Assembly: GCF_009914755.1 (NCBI RefSeq)
Contig: NC_060934.1
Strand: one strand, 5' to 3'
Length of the DNA: 64,000 bases
Origin: the human T2T-CHM13v2.0 reference genome, Homo sapiens
The notes below the pieces were generated by a model. That model had not been told where the DNA came from and ran no database searches. It was given only the letters and a program-made list of their open reading frames with translations. Shown here piece by piece: positions 63,202 to 64,000 of this stretch. Each line of letters starts with the position of its first letter. Position 1 is the first letter of the stretch. The translations under genes were made by a program, and so were the position numbers.

Positions 63202-64000
63202 AGTCAAAGAAGTTGGGGTAGGGGCAGCAGGGGGAGTCAGATCTAAGGAAATAAGGCTGTAGTTATCAGTGACTTTTTAACACCAGGGCATTGAACGCTC
63301 ATAGACTGCTTGGCAGCGCAGCTCAGAGAGGTAGCAGAGTATTTGCCCAAAGCCCCATGTTACAGATGGGGACTCAGAAGCCACAGTAAGAAACAGAACC
63401 CTCCTGGGGTCAGACAGCGGCAGGGCTGGACTAGAATCCCCCACTTCTGCCTCTGGTGCTCAGGGCCAAGCTCATGCATGCACTGTGATAACAGTGATGA
63501 ATCTGGCATCTCCATATCCAGGGAGTGATGGGCAGGGGGAGAGGGGGAAGGGGGGAGAGGGGAGGGGCAGAGCTCAGGCCACTCCCACTCACCATACAAA
63601 TGGTGAGCCACAGTCAGGAGGTCAGGGTTTCACGGCTGACTTTCTAATAACGGAGCTGGCTCTGCACCAAGCCATCCGCCTTCTCTTGCCCAACTGGTAT
63701 GGGACGGGCACAGCCCTGAACTAGGGACCTGAGCCAAGGGGCTCAGGCTGTAAGAGGTCCAAGCCTTACCAGCCCAACCAGCACATTCTATAAACAGCCA
63801 CTGTTCACATCCCTGCAATTAAACTGTCTACCACAGCCTCGGGGCCTGACCCAGCCAGTCCCTCCCAACTGAACTTTCACCACCCCCTCATGTGCTACAT
63901 TCCTACAATGCTGACCCCCTAACGCACCTGCTGCCCCTGCCTCGGGGCCTTTGCGCTCACCTCTCCTTGGAAGGTCCCGGCTCCCAGGTCCTCTCATCCA

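Overview
Human (primate) genomic DNA. The window holds the 3' ends of two convergent genes, recognised from their translated exons. On the + strand are the last four coding exons of GRK5 (G protein-coupled receptor kinase 5): 1691-1828, 6243-6380, 6717-6848 and 8541-8639. They are followed by a 3'UTR with a proximal ATTAAA (~9167) and a distal AATAAA (~13290). On the - strand is the last coding exon of RGS10 (53707-53853), with its 3'UTR and poly(A) signal (~53436) and about 10 kb of its upstream intron. The ~40 kb between the genes and the RGS10 intron are rich in repeats: about 40 Alus, four THE1/MST solo LTRs with target-site duplications (TSDs), MLT1, ERV LTRs, old L1/L2/MIR and hAT MITEs, plus mini- and microsatellites. 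Almost all ORFs in the supplied track are spurious (Alu-derived, repeat-derived or GC-rich). I see no new protein-coding gene and no CRISPR or RNA gene. The best unexplained signals are: (1) three perfect 12-bp palindromes about 50 nt apart in the GRK5 3'UTR; (2) a tiny TSD-flanked orphan retro-insertion carrying AATAAA signals just downstream of GRK5; (3) a 3x50-bp repeat that multiplies NF-kB-like and IRF-like motifs; (4) a cluster of MaLR LTRs with intact DUX4 motifs; (5) sequence signs of possible alternative GRK5 C-termini. Repeat subfamily names come from recalled consensus features, not a database search, and repeat boundaries are approximate.
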